Origin: an uncultured Candidatus Saccharibacteria bacterium
GTDB lineage: Bacteria > Patescibacteriota > Minisyncoccia > Phycocordibacterales > UBA12088
NCBI GenBank assembly: GCA_964411375.1
Contig: CAYPKR010000001.1
Coordinates: forward strand, 104,227-168,226
Direction of reading: 5' to 3'
DNA length: 64,000 bases
In this document: positions 39,762 to 47,912 of the stretch, piece after piece
How the letters are laid out: each line of letters begins with the position of its first letter
Numbering within the stretch: the stretch's first letter is position 1
Notes under the pieces: generated by a model
What the model was told of the DNA's origin: nothing
The model's database searches: none
The model's input: the letters and a program-made list of their open reading frames with translations, nothing else
Program-made: the position numbers and the translations under genes

Positions 39762-39971
39762 ATGACTACGACGCAGTATCCGACATCTATGTTAGACGTC
39801 CCCCTAGAGGGTGGTGACGTTCCCAAAAGTTTCGTTCTTTGCCGAAATCCACATCACTCGGAGTGTAGGTCAAATGGAACCAGAGTAGCCATCCCCCGAG
39901 TAGGAGTTGAACCAACCTGCCCAACATGCAAAGCGCAGGTAAAGTCTCCCCCCGTTCGGTGGGGGCACTGA
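39762..39971 (+). CDS. Small putative Zn-binding protein (69 aa)
   Basis: SD AAGGAG; CRNPHHSEC and CPTC; followed by hairpin GTGGGCTC-tacg-GAGCCCGC plus T tract. Confidence 0.55.
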   Translation: MTTTQYPTSMLDVPLEGGDVPKSFVLCRNPHHSECRSNGTRVAIPRVGVEPTCPTCKAQVKSPPVRWGH

Positions 39972-40031
39972 ATTGAGTGGGCTCTACGGAGCCCGCTTTA
40001 CTTTTTTTAGCAAGAGGAATAGTATCGAAGT

Positions 40032-40088
40032 ATGCAGTATCGAATGATGGCAATGGCGATTATTATGCGAACGCGACTTCGGCCGTAG
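40032..40088 (+). CDS. Putative leader peptide 2 (MQYRMMAMAIIMRTRLRP)
   Basis: Manual translation; precedes a terminator hairpin. Confidence 0.5.
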   Translation: MQYRMMAMAIIMRTRLRP

Positions 40089-40115
40089 CGGTACTGTATT
40101 GATTCAGACTGTAGC

Positions 40116-40136
40116 GGCCCGTAAAGGGCCTTTTTT
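40116..40136 (+). terminator. Attenuator-type terminator 2
   Basis: GGCCC-gtaaa-GGGCC-TTTTTT. Confidence 0.65.
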
Positions 40137-40503
40137 GTTCTTTCAAAATCGAACATCAATCAGTGCGGGCGAAAGCGGCTCGAATATATTCCGAGCAATT
40201 TTCGCCCGCACTGATGCGGGCAAGTACCATTGGAGTCGAAAATGGCAGAAACAGATCTTCGACAAAAAATCGACCCACTTGCAGATTCCTCGGGTCGCAA
40301 GGGACGTGACCAACAGAGTCGCCGATTGAAGAGGGGAAATCATCCGTTCAAAGACGAACTCTCCGCTTCAGGAGGATTCCTCCGTGCTCGGCGGTGGCGC
40401 TATACGGGTTTTCCGGCCGTTCCAAATGGCTTATCACCACTCCAGTAGTCTGGAAATGCGCCGGCAGGAACGTTCCTGCCGGCCATCACCAAATGGAGGA
40501 TCG

Positions 40504-40791
40504 ATGGCTATCACTGTTCATACTGGGGCTGACTCGATGATGCGCTATTATGTAGCGCTCGGTCATCGCGAATCACCTCCCAAAGAAGGTTTTGGCTACG
40601 TGTATACTGGTGCTGGCAGATTAACAATTACCGCAAAAGCATTCTTTGAGCGAAAAGCGGAGTTTCCGGTTGCTGCCGAACTTGGTCCAGAGTCGTACAT
40701 GTATGAAACTGACGGTGTTACGCCTTATTTCCATCTTATCGCTCCAATCACCGCGTTACCGGTAAAGGGTAACGAAAGGCTGTCCCCGTGA
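40504..40791 (+). CDS. Small hypothetical protein (95 aa)
   Basis: SD GGAGG then MAITVHTG; ORF track extends it to 40384. Confidence 0.55.
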   Translation: MAITVHTGADSMMRYYVALGHRESPPKEGFGYVYTGAGRLTITAKAFFERKAEFPVAAELGPESYMYETDGVTPYFHLIAPITALPVKGNERLSP

Positions 40792-40853
40792 CAGCCTTTT
40801 CCTTTGTGTATAACTTCTTGACAGTATTTTGCTCTGGAGTAAGGTAATGAGGT

Positions 40854-40919
40854 ATGACAACGTCGGTCTTCATTCGCAACGTACTCCTCCTTCGATCGGG
40901 GGCTGTTTGTTGCGAATAA
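40854..40919 (+). CDS. Putative leader peptide 3 (MTTSVFIRNVLLLRSGAVCCE)
   Basis: Manual translation; follows TTGACA-16-TAAGGT promoter (40818-40845). Confidence 0.5.
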   Translation: MTTSVFIRNVLLLRSGAVCCE

Positions 40920-40939
40920 GACGGACACGTCAAATCTCC

Positions 40940-40976
40940 AACAAACTGCCCCCTCAAGTGAGGGGGCAGTTTGTTT
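40940..40976 (+). terminator. Attenuator-type terminator 3
   Basis: AACAAACTGCCCCCTC-aagt-GAGGGGGCAGTTTGTTT. Confidence 0.7.
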
Positions 40977-41009
40977 CGGAGCAGTTCTTTTACAACTTGG
41001 AGAAGAGTT

Positions 41010-41363
41010 ATGAGTAAACAGTATCAGAGCAATCTGATTGTGACCCTCCAGCGGTTTTTTGACAGCATGCCAGCAGGACACGCACTTGCGATTGGCCCAG
41101 CCGGAGATCAACTGCTTACCAAAACACTCAAGGGTTATTTCGAGCAATTCAATAGACGGCGTGACATTCATCCCGGCTCAACATTGTGTCGGATTCGGAC
41201 AGTGTGTTCACGGCTTTTCAAGCGAGTAGACGACGGAAAGGTATTTGTCGGATACACACTGCTTGTGCAAGGTGAGATGCCTGGACCAATGCATATTGAA
41301 CTTTCGCAACTTCTTGCGCAGCACTTTGAGGAGACTACATCTCCACAGAAAAGGGCAGCATGA
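41010..41363 (+). CDS. Small hypothetical protein (117 aa)
   Basis: SD GGAG then MSKQYQS; followed by hairpin CCCGACTAGCG/CGCTAGTCGGG. Confidence 0.6.
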   Translation: MSKQYQSNLIVTLQRFFDSMPAGHALAIGPAGDQLLTKTLKGYFEQFNRRRDIHPGSTLCRIRTVCSRLFKRVDDGKVFVGYTLLVQGEMPGPMHIELSQLLAQHFEETTSPQKRAA

Positions 41364-41413
41364 TGGCTCATGTCCCGACTAGCGTCACAACGCTAGTCGG
41401 GGAGCCTTTCTCA

Positions 41414-41480
41414 CATGCAATCCGGAGATTAATTTTCAAAACATTTTTATTTTTTTGAAAATTAATCTCCGGATTGCATG
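41414..41480. repeat. Perfect 28 bp inverted repeat with 11 nt loop
   Basis: CATGCAATCCGGAGATTAATTTTCAAAA / TTTTGAAAATTAATCTCCGGATTGCATG. Confidence 0.92.
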
Positions 41481-41508
41481 GGGCAACCGGATCATGGAGT
41501 TTTCTTCG

Positions 41509-41730
41509 ATGTGTGTTGACTTAAGTACAATAAACACCTTTGATCTTGAGCGCAGGATTGCTGCGCTTAGACAAAAATGTGAGGGCGGTAGGCCGGTTCG
41601 TGACAGATTAGGTCCCACTCTCGATGCTTACGAAGAAGAGATGAGACGTAGGAATCAGGAGGGTCAGAAACCCTCGGACCTCACCACTGCTCCAACTCCT
41701 GCGTTGGAGCAAATAATAACCGGCGTATAG
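41509..41730 (+). CDS. Small hypothetical protein
   Basis: SD-like GGAG then MCVDLST; helical and charged; start uncertain. Confidence 0.45.
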   Translation: MCVDLSTINTFDLERRIAALRQKCEGGRPVRDRLGPTLDAYEEEMRRRNQEGQKPSDLTTAPTPALEQIITGV

Positions 41731-41877
41731 TCAGCAATCAGGGAGGACGAATGGTTCTCGTATCCGCGAAATCATTCGTCCCATCCCCCTTCTTTTTTCA
41801 AATTGTTTCGACGCTGTCGAGACAAAAACACGCGACCAACATGGTCGCGTTTGTCTTTTGATGCCATCAATAATTTT

Positions 41878-43062
41878 TTATTCATTCAAAACTTGAATAA
41901 GTTTTGCAATTAATCTCGGCGCAACGGTGGAATTGAATGTTCTGGCGTACGCCTCGCTGTTGCTTTTCAATAAACTGTTCAGATTAGTTCCTGCATTTTT
42001 TGCGAGATCGCGGTCAATGTTGGAAAGCGTGATTGCGCGCAGATCGCGATCGCCCGTATTTGCCGCTTCAGTTGTGGTCACAATAAGCCCAATTAATTTG
42101 CCGCTCGAGTTTATGACGCCTCCGCCCGAAGAACCTTTTTGAGCGACGACCGTTCCGCCAACTGACATGAGGTCAGCAGTATCGTTTCCTAAATCAAATG
42201 TAAATATTTTTTGTATGGTTGAAATTGCTGATGCGCTATAGAGATTTTTTGCAACCGTAACGCCGCCAAGAAATCCTGCAGGATATGCGGCAACTAAGAC
42301 ACCTTCGCCTTCGGACGGATCACGTGTCTCTGGTGGAATATAGGAAACGGGGAATGAAATTTTTTCATCTGGATTCGTACTTCCCGTAATTCGGAAAAAT
42401 GCAAAATCATGTTCACCAGTTCCGGTTGGATCCGCTTCAACAATCGTGTGCGCATTTTCATCAATCCACTGTGGCGAAATGTACATGAGTTCAAGCGTGT
42501 ATTTGTTTACTGCCGGAGATCCAGTTCGCGCAACGCATTCAATATATCCTTTCGTCAAAAAATCTTTAAGGAGCATGTACTCTGCAACATGCGCATTGGT
42601 GATGATGATGCCGGAAGGATCAATGACGACGCCCGATCCTGAAATCGGATCAAGCGGACCTCCGTTTGCAGTGGTGCATAAAATATTAACGAGCGCATCG
42701 CGCGCAATTCCATTGATACTTGAAAACGATGGCGCGATCGGTGGAATCGAAATAGGTGGTGTTAGTGGAACGGAGATTGTTACATTCTTTGTTTGGTCCG
42801 TTATTGGTGTATTCTTCGTTCCATGTTTCGTTGATGTTGCATTTTTTTCTATCGCAATATTTTTTGTGGATGTTCCGATCGTGGTACTCGCCTGCCCCGC
42901 GGTTGTTGCCGCACTGGTTGCGAATGTTCTTTGGGTCGACGAAGGAGTGGGAGAGTTAACGATTGCAAATTCACGTCCAATAAATGGATTCGTAACAAAC
43001 GCGATCGCGATACTGATCGAGACTATGAGTTTTGCAAAAAAAGCAGAAACGATAGAAAACAT
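41878..43062 (-). CDS. Membrane-anchored trypsin-like serine protease (no PDZ)
   Basis: SGSGVVID...ITNAHV (His), HDFA (Asp), KGSSGG (Ser); N-terminal TM plus Thr-rich linker. Confidence 0.9.
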   Translation of the reverse strand: MFSIVSAFFAKLIVSISIAIAFVTNPFIGREFAIVNSPTPSSTQRTFATSAATTAGQASTTIGTSTKNIAIEKNATSTKHGTKNTPITDQTKNVTISVPLTPPISIPPIAPSFSSINGIARDALVNILCTTANGGPLDPISGSGVVIDPSGIIITNAHVAEYMLLKDFLTKGYIECVARTGSPAVNKYTLELMYISPQWIDENAHTIVEADPTGTGEHDFAFFRITGSTNPDEKISFPVSYIPPETRDPSEGEGVLVAAYPAGFLGGVTVAKNLYSASAISTIQKIFTFDLGNDTADLMSVGGTVVAQKGSSGGGVINSSGKLIGLIVTTTEAANTGDRDLRAITLSNIDRDLAKNAGTNLNSLLKSNSEAYARTFNSTVAPRLIAKLIQVLNE

Positions 43063-43172
43063 ATTGCTAGTATACCGCGCAGAAAATCCGAAATCATCTT
43101 CGACTTGTTTCGCTCTGATTTTCTGCTACGATGGGGTTTTGTAAACGGTAGGGTTACTACCGAAGAGGTGAC

Positions 43173-43243
43173 GCGGGATTAGTTTAATGGTAGAACTTCA
43201 GTTTTCCAAACTGATAGCAGGAGTTCGATTCTCCTATCCCGCA
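43173..43243 (+). tRNA. tRNA-Gly(UCC)
   Basis: Acceptor GCGGGAT/ATCCCGC, anticodon arm TCAGT-TTTCCAA-ACTGA, T-loop TTCGATT. Confidence 0.95.
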
Positions 43244-43269
43244 CCGAGTTGGACGTAGTGAAACGAAGA

Positions 43270-43405
43270 GTGCGGGATAGGAAGCCGCCTGCGCGGCTTC
43301 CGTAGGAGAATCGAAAGCCGTAGCCATGTTTTGTGAAACAAAACATGCGAGGCGGGGTCGACGAAATTTTGCGCAGCAAAATTATCGGTGACCGATTCTC
43401 TGACC
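43270..43405 (+). repeat. tRNA-Gly-downstream structured element, copy 2
   Basis: Antisense of the tRNA 3' 20 nt split by a hairpin; GGAGAATCGAA-N10-ATGTTTTGTGAAA ... GGGTC-hairpin-GACCGATTCTCTG. Confidence 0.75.
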
Positions 43406-43486
43406 CTCTTTTTCATTGTTTCACACCCCTAAAATTAGATAATTTATTCCCCTCGCCAAAAATTTCTTCCGGCGTACACTACTCTC

Positions 43487-44638
43487 ATGAGCGACCGACC
43501 CGACACCAATCCTCTCCCCCTCGCCGCTAAACTGCGCCCCCAAACGCTCGATGAATTTGTTGGCCAAGAACATTTGGTTGGCGAAGGTAAACCGATCCGA
43601 ACCGCAATCGAAGGGAAACATCTTTTTTCATTTGTGCTGTGGGGTCCGCCGGGATCGGGAAAGACAACACTTGCAAGATTGTATGCAAAGGCACTCGGCG
43701 CGCATATTGTCGAACTCTCCGCGGTATCTGCTGGCAAAGAAGATATTAAAAAATTTTTGAAAGAAGATGCTGGCGGAAAACCGCGCGTATTATTTCTTGA
43801 CGAAATACATCGCTTCAATAAAGCGCAACAAGATTTTTTGCTTCCATATGTTGAATCAGGCGAACTCACGTTAATCGGCGCGACAACTGAAAATCCATCA
43901 TTTGAAATTATTTCTGCACTTCTTTCTCGCGCTCGAGTGTTTGTTCTCTACGCACTTACTCCCGAAGGTATTCAAAAAATAATTACACGCGCAGCGCCTG
44001 AAATTGAAGATGACGCACTTGAGTGGCTGACCGAAATGGCAAAAGGAGATGCGCGCGCGGCACTTTCAGTTTTGGGAAATTCACGAACGCTCTACGGAAA
44101 TGTGTCGCTCGATTCCCTTAAAGAATCTCTACAGTCGGTATTTCTTCGCTATGATAAAAAAGGAGAAGAACATTACGATACGATCAGCGCGTTTATAAAA
44201 AGTATGCGCGCCTCACAAGCCGATGCGGCGCTCTACTATCTCGCACGAATGGTTGAGGGTGGCGAAGATCCGCTCTTCATTGCGCGGCGAATGGTTATTT
44301 TTGCCAGCGAAGATATTGGACTCGCGCAACCAACTGCGCTGGTTGTCGCGAACGCAGTATTTCGCGCGTGCGAAACAATTGGCTATCCGGAGTGCGCGAT
44401 CAATCTTGCGCACGGTGTCGCATATCTTGCAGATGCAAAAAAAGATCGGAGCGCATACGAAGCACTCGGACTTGCGATGCAGGATGTTAAAAAATTTGGT
44501 AATCTCCCAATTCCACTCCATATCCGAAATGCACCAACCAAGCTGATGAAAGATTTGGGCTACGGAAAAGGCTACAAAAAATATGATGATGAAAGTTACT
44601 TGCCGGAGAAATTAAAAAAGAAAAAGTATTTGAAATAA
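43487..44638 (+). CDS. rarA: Replication-associated recombination protein RarA/MgsA
   Basis: PLAAKLRP, LWGPPGSGKTT, DEIHRFNKAQQD, GATTENP, HYDTISAFIKS, ASEDIGLA. Confidence 0.95.
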   Translation: MSDRPDTNPLPLAAKLRPQTLDEFVGQEHLVGEGKPIRTAIEGKHLFSFVLWGPPGSGKTTLARLYAKALGAHIVELSAVSAGKEDIKKFLKEDAGGKPRVLFLDEIHRFNKAQQDFLLPYVESGELTLIGATTENPSFEIISALLSRARVFVLYALTPEGIQKIITRAAPEIEDDALEWLTEMAKGDARAALSVLGNSRTLYGNVSLDSLKESLQSVFLRYDKKGEEHYDTISAFIKSMRASQADAALYYLARMVEGGEDPLFIARRMVIFASEDIGLAQPTALVVANAVFRACETIGYPECAINLAHGVAYLADAKKDRSAYEALGLAMQDVKKFGNLPIPLHIRNAPTKLMKDLGYGKGYKKYDDESYLPEKLKKKKYLK

Positions 44639-45119
44639 GGGAGGTAATCGCCCTGAAAGAGGCGATCCGACACTTATGCCCGAATGAGTATAAAATTGCC
44701 GCCCCTCTCGGGGCGGCTTCCGCAACCAATGCACTTTCACATTTTCTTTCCTTGGGAAGTTTGAAGAAAAAATCTACCGGATCAAAACTAGCAGGCGATT
44801 GCAACACTTCGTCTGGTTTTCCATCGCCGTTATAATCTATCGACAGAGTGTCAGTAAATAGATTGTGTATCATAAACGGCGGGTATTGAAGAACATGATT
44901 ACAGGCGATATACACCGCTCTGTAAAATGCCGGTCCATCTCGTGCAAGTGCATAATCGAGCCACTTAATAATTCTTCCTTCCGCCACTACTTCTTTGTTT
45001 TCTGCATGCAGAAGGATCAAGCCTTTTAATCTTGGCATCCGACTCGGATGTTCTCCTGAGAAGGCAGGCTGAACGACAGCACAGACACAAAGTGTGATCG
45101 CTAGAAAGATTCTATACAT
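44487..45119 (-). CDS. Hypothetical secreted protein; 3' end questionable
   Basis: SD GGGAG, signal peptide MYRIFLA...AFS, DYNGDGKPD motif; frame runs through a terminator-like hairpin and 152 nt into rarA. Confidence 0.45.
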   Translation of the reverse strand: MYRIFLAITLCVCAVVQPAFSGEHPSRMPRLKGLILLHAENKEVVAEGRIIKWLDYALARDGPAFYRAVYIACNHVLQYPPFMIHNLFTDTLSIDYNGDGKPDEVLQSPASFDPVDFFFKLPKERKCESALVAEAAPRGAAILYSFGHKCRIASFRAITSLISNTFSFLISPASNFHHHIFCSLFRSPNLSSAWLVHFGYGVELGDYQIF

Positions 45120-45177
45120 CAAAAGAACTCCCGTGGTTTGTCTCCGTAAGCGTAGCACTTTGATCAAAGTGCGCAAT

Positions 45178-45219
45178 AAAAAACACACAACCCGCCATGA
45201 AGCGGGTTGTGTGTTTTTT
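45178..45219. terminator. Bidirectional intrinsic terminator after the HU gene
   Basis: AAAAAACACACAACCCGC-catgaa-GCGGGTTGTGTGTTTTTT. Confidence 0.8.
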
Positions 45220-45233
45220 CTGCAGAAAAACGT

Positions 45234-45506
45234 CTACTTCACTGCGTCTTTCAAAGCCTTTGCGGCGCGGAATTTCGGTACGCGCATCGAAGGGACTTGA
45301 ATCGTCTCGCCGGTTCGCGGATTGCGACCGGTTCGTGCAGGGCGTACCTTGGTTGCAAAGATGCCGAGACCTGCGATCGAGACCTCATGACCATTCTTCA
45401 ACTCCTTCACGATTGACTCGATGATGGTTTCAACGGCACGCTCTGCATCTGCCTTCGTAGAGCCAAGGACGCCGCTTACTTTCTCTGCAATATCTTGCTT
45501 GTTCAT
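45234..45506 (-). CDS. hup: DNA-binding protein HU
   Basis: MNKQDI, GLGIF, ARTGRNPRTGETI, PKFRAAKALKDAV. Confidence 0.96.
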   Translation of the reverse strand: MNKQDIAEKVSGVLGSTKADAERAVETIIESIVKELKNGHEVSIAGLGIFATKVRPARTGRNPRTGETIQVPSMRVPKFRAAKALKDAVK

Positions 45507-45773
45507 CGGTATGTTTTAAAGGATAAAATCAAAACCAAATATATTTCTGTACCGCTTGTTCAATTGAAGTGTCTCTTCAATTTCTAGGGAACGATACTAT
45601 TCGACCTCGCGACGGGGCATAGGAATCTTCCATATACCTTGGATAAATTATATAAAACACCATTTTTCGCGCAACCACGCCGTTTTTAGACGATACGATT
45701 AATCAATCGTCAAATTTTTTGGAGAGAAATTCTCTTTTTTGCTGTTTTCTTCTTTCACGGTATGCTGGTTCCT

Positions 45774-46331
45774 ATGAAAATTGGCATTTCAGGCGCGAGG
45801 GGGAGCTTTTCGGAAGAAGCGGCAGGCGAATATTGTCGCAAAGAGGGAATTGCTAACCCGGAGATTCAGTATCTCGTGAGCGTCGAGAATGTACTCGCAG
45901 GTCTAGAAAATGGCTCTATAGAGCTCGGAATTTTCCCTATCGAAAACTCCAACGGTGGGATTGTCATTGAAGCAGTGTATGGAATGGCAAAACACAATTT
46001 CACCATACAGAAATTATTTGAAATCGATGTCCATCAATGTCTTCTTGTTGCACAGGGTACCAATCCTGATCAGATAACCGCGATTACCTCTCATGATCAA
46101 GCGCTCAAACAGTGTCGGATGTATCTGAAGCGAAAATGGCCAGGTGTGGATATTGCCCCATATCCAGACACTGCAAAGGCGGCAAAAGACTTGAGCGAAG
46201 GAATTTTGCCAAAAACAACCGCAGTCATTGCACCAAAATCATGCGCGGCGCTCTATGGACTCGAACTCCTCGAAGAAAGTATTCAGGATTTGAAATTCAA
46301 CTTCACCACCTTCGTAGCAGCAGAAAAATAG
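45774..46331 (+). CDS. Stand-alone prephenate dehydratase-like domain (no ACT domain)
   Basis: GARGSFSEEAA, FPIENSNGG, SHDQALKQC, DTAKAA, IQD...NFTTF. Confidence 0.85.
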   Translation: MKIGISGARGSFSEEAAGEYCRKEGIANPEIQYLVSVENVLAGLENGSIELGIFPIENSNGGIVIEAVYGMAKHNFTIQKLFEIDVHQCLLVAQGTNPDQITAITSHDQALKQCRMYLKRKWPGVDIAPYPDTAKAAKDLSEGILPKTTAVIAPKSCAALYGLELLEESIQDLKFNFTTFVAAEK

Positions 46332-46335
46332 AAAT

Positions 46336-46375
46336 GAAAACAAAAAACGGGCACTCAGTGCCCGTTTTTTGTTTT
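46336..46375. terminator. Bidirectional terminator between the PDT gene and rny
   Basis: AAAACAAAAAACGGGCAC-tca-GTGCCCGTTTTTTGTTTT. Confidence 0.8.
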
Positions 46376-46382
46376 GTAATAT

Positions 46383-47912
46383 CTATCTTGCGAGTTCAAC
46401 TACTCTCGATTCGCGGATGACGACAATCTTGATTTCACCTGGATATTTAAGCTCTTGCTCAATCTTTAGGGCGATACCTCTTGCGAGATCTCGTGCTTCC
46501 ATATCAGATACATTTTCTGGCTTCACGAATACACGTACTTCGCGACCTGCGGCAATCGCGTACGACTTCTCGATGCCGGGGAAGGAATTGGCAATTGCTT
46601 CGAGATCCTGGAGTCGCTTGATGTAGTTTTCAACCGAATCGCGACGAGCACCTGGTCGTCCACCAGAAATTGCGTCCGCTACCTGCACGATAACTGATTC
46701 GATCGTGTCGTATGGATATTCTTCGTGGTGCGCGCGCATCGCATGAATCACTGCGTCACTTGCGCCAAATTTCTGAAGAATTCGGATACCAATCTCGACG
46801 TGTGAACCTTGGACTTCGTGGTCGACTGCTTTTCCGATGTCGTGAACGAGTGCCCCAGCTTTTGCGACCGCGACGTCTGCGTTCAGTTCAGATGCAAGCA
46901 TGCCGGCGATATGAGCCATTTCAACCGAGTGCTGAAGCACATTTTGTCCGTAACTCGTGCGGAAGTAGAGGCGACCAAGAACAGCGAGAATGCGTGGATC
47001 GAGATTCAAAACTCCTGCTTCGTATGCTGCCTGTTCTCCCTTTTCTTTGATTATCTTTCCGATTTCTTCTTCTGCCTTTCGTGCCATCTCTTCAATCTTT
47101 GCCGGTTGAATGCGACCATCCATAATAAGATTTTCAAGTGCAATTCGTGCAATCTGGCGACGAACGGGATCAAATGACGAAAGGGTAATCGTTCCGGGTG
47201 TATCGTCGATAATTACTTCAACACCCGTTGCGCGTTCAAACGCTTTGATGTTTCGTCCTTCCTTGCCGATGATTTTTCCTTTGATTTCGTCGGATGGAAT
47301 CGTCATCGTTGACGTGAGCACGTCTTGCGAAACAGAGTTGCCGAGACGGTGGATGATGGTCGTCAAAATTTCTTGCGCTTTCTTTTCAAGCTTTTCGCGA
47401 CCCGTATTTTCGAGTTTGCGCATGCGCACGAGAAGATCTTCCTCCTCTTCGCGCTCGATTCGATGCATGAGTTCATTCTTCGCATCTTCTACCGAAAGTT
47501 TTGCGATTCGCTCGAGCTCCTTCATCTGTTCTTCGCCGGCTTTCTCGATACGGTCCTTGACGGCCTTTACTTCCTCAATCTTTTTCTTGATATGCTCGAC
47601 TTCTTTATCGATATCAGTTTGGCGCGAATCAAGAAGCTCCTCCTTACGAATGAGGCGCTGTTCTGACTGCTTTAAGCTATCTTCCTTTTCTTTAAGCTCA
47701 CCGAGGCGTGCTTTTGCAGCAGCTTCGCCTTTCTTTTCGGCTTCGTCGGTAATTTTTTTCGCATCCTCTTTCGCGTCGAGGAGCATTTGCTTCACTTCGA
47801 GTTCGATCGAGCCTTTTTTCCCGAGAGATACGATCCATCGAAGAAAATAGCCGAACACAGCACCGCCAAGGCTTGCGAGCCCGAGGAGCGCTAATAAGAT
47901 TTTTAATGACAT
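46383..47912 (-). CDS. rny: Ribonuclease Y
   Basis: TM, coiled coil, KH (KGKIIGKEGRNI), HD (RTSYGQNVL, HDIGK), ADAISGGRPGAR. Confidence 0.97.
   Translation of the reverse strand: MSLKILLALLGLASLGGAVFGYFLRWIVSLGKKGSIELEVKQMLLDAKEDAKKITDEAEKKGEAAAKARLGELKEKEDSLKQSEQRLIRKEELLDSRQTDIDKEVEHIKKKIEEVKAVKDRIEKAGEEQMKELERIAKLSVEDAKNELMHRIEREEEEDLLVRMRKLENTGREKLEKKAQEILTTIIHRLGNSVSQDVLTSTMTIPSDEIKGKIIGKEGRNIKAFERATGVEVIIDDTPGTITLSSFDPVRRQIARIALENLIMDGRIQPAKIEEMARKAEEEIGKIIKEKGEQAAYEAGVLNLDPRILAVLGRLYFRTSYGQNVLQHSVEMAHIAGMLASELNADVAVAKAGALVHDIGKAVDHEVQGSHVEIGIRILQKFGASDAVIHAMRAHHEEYPYDTIESVIVQVADAISGGRPGARRDSVENYIKRLQDLEAIANSFPGIEKSYAIAAGREVRVFVKPENVSDMEARDLARGIALKIEQELKYPGEIKIVVIRESRVVELAR

Noticed and set aside
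47110-47850. 246 aa + strand ORF
   Set aside because: Antisense shadow of rny; Ser/Phe-rich composition mirrors Glu/Lys codons
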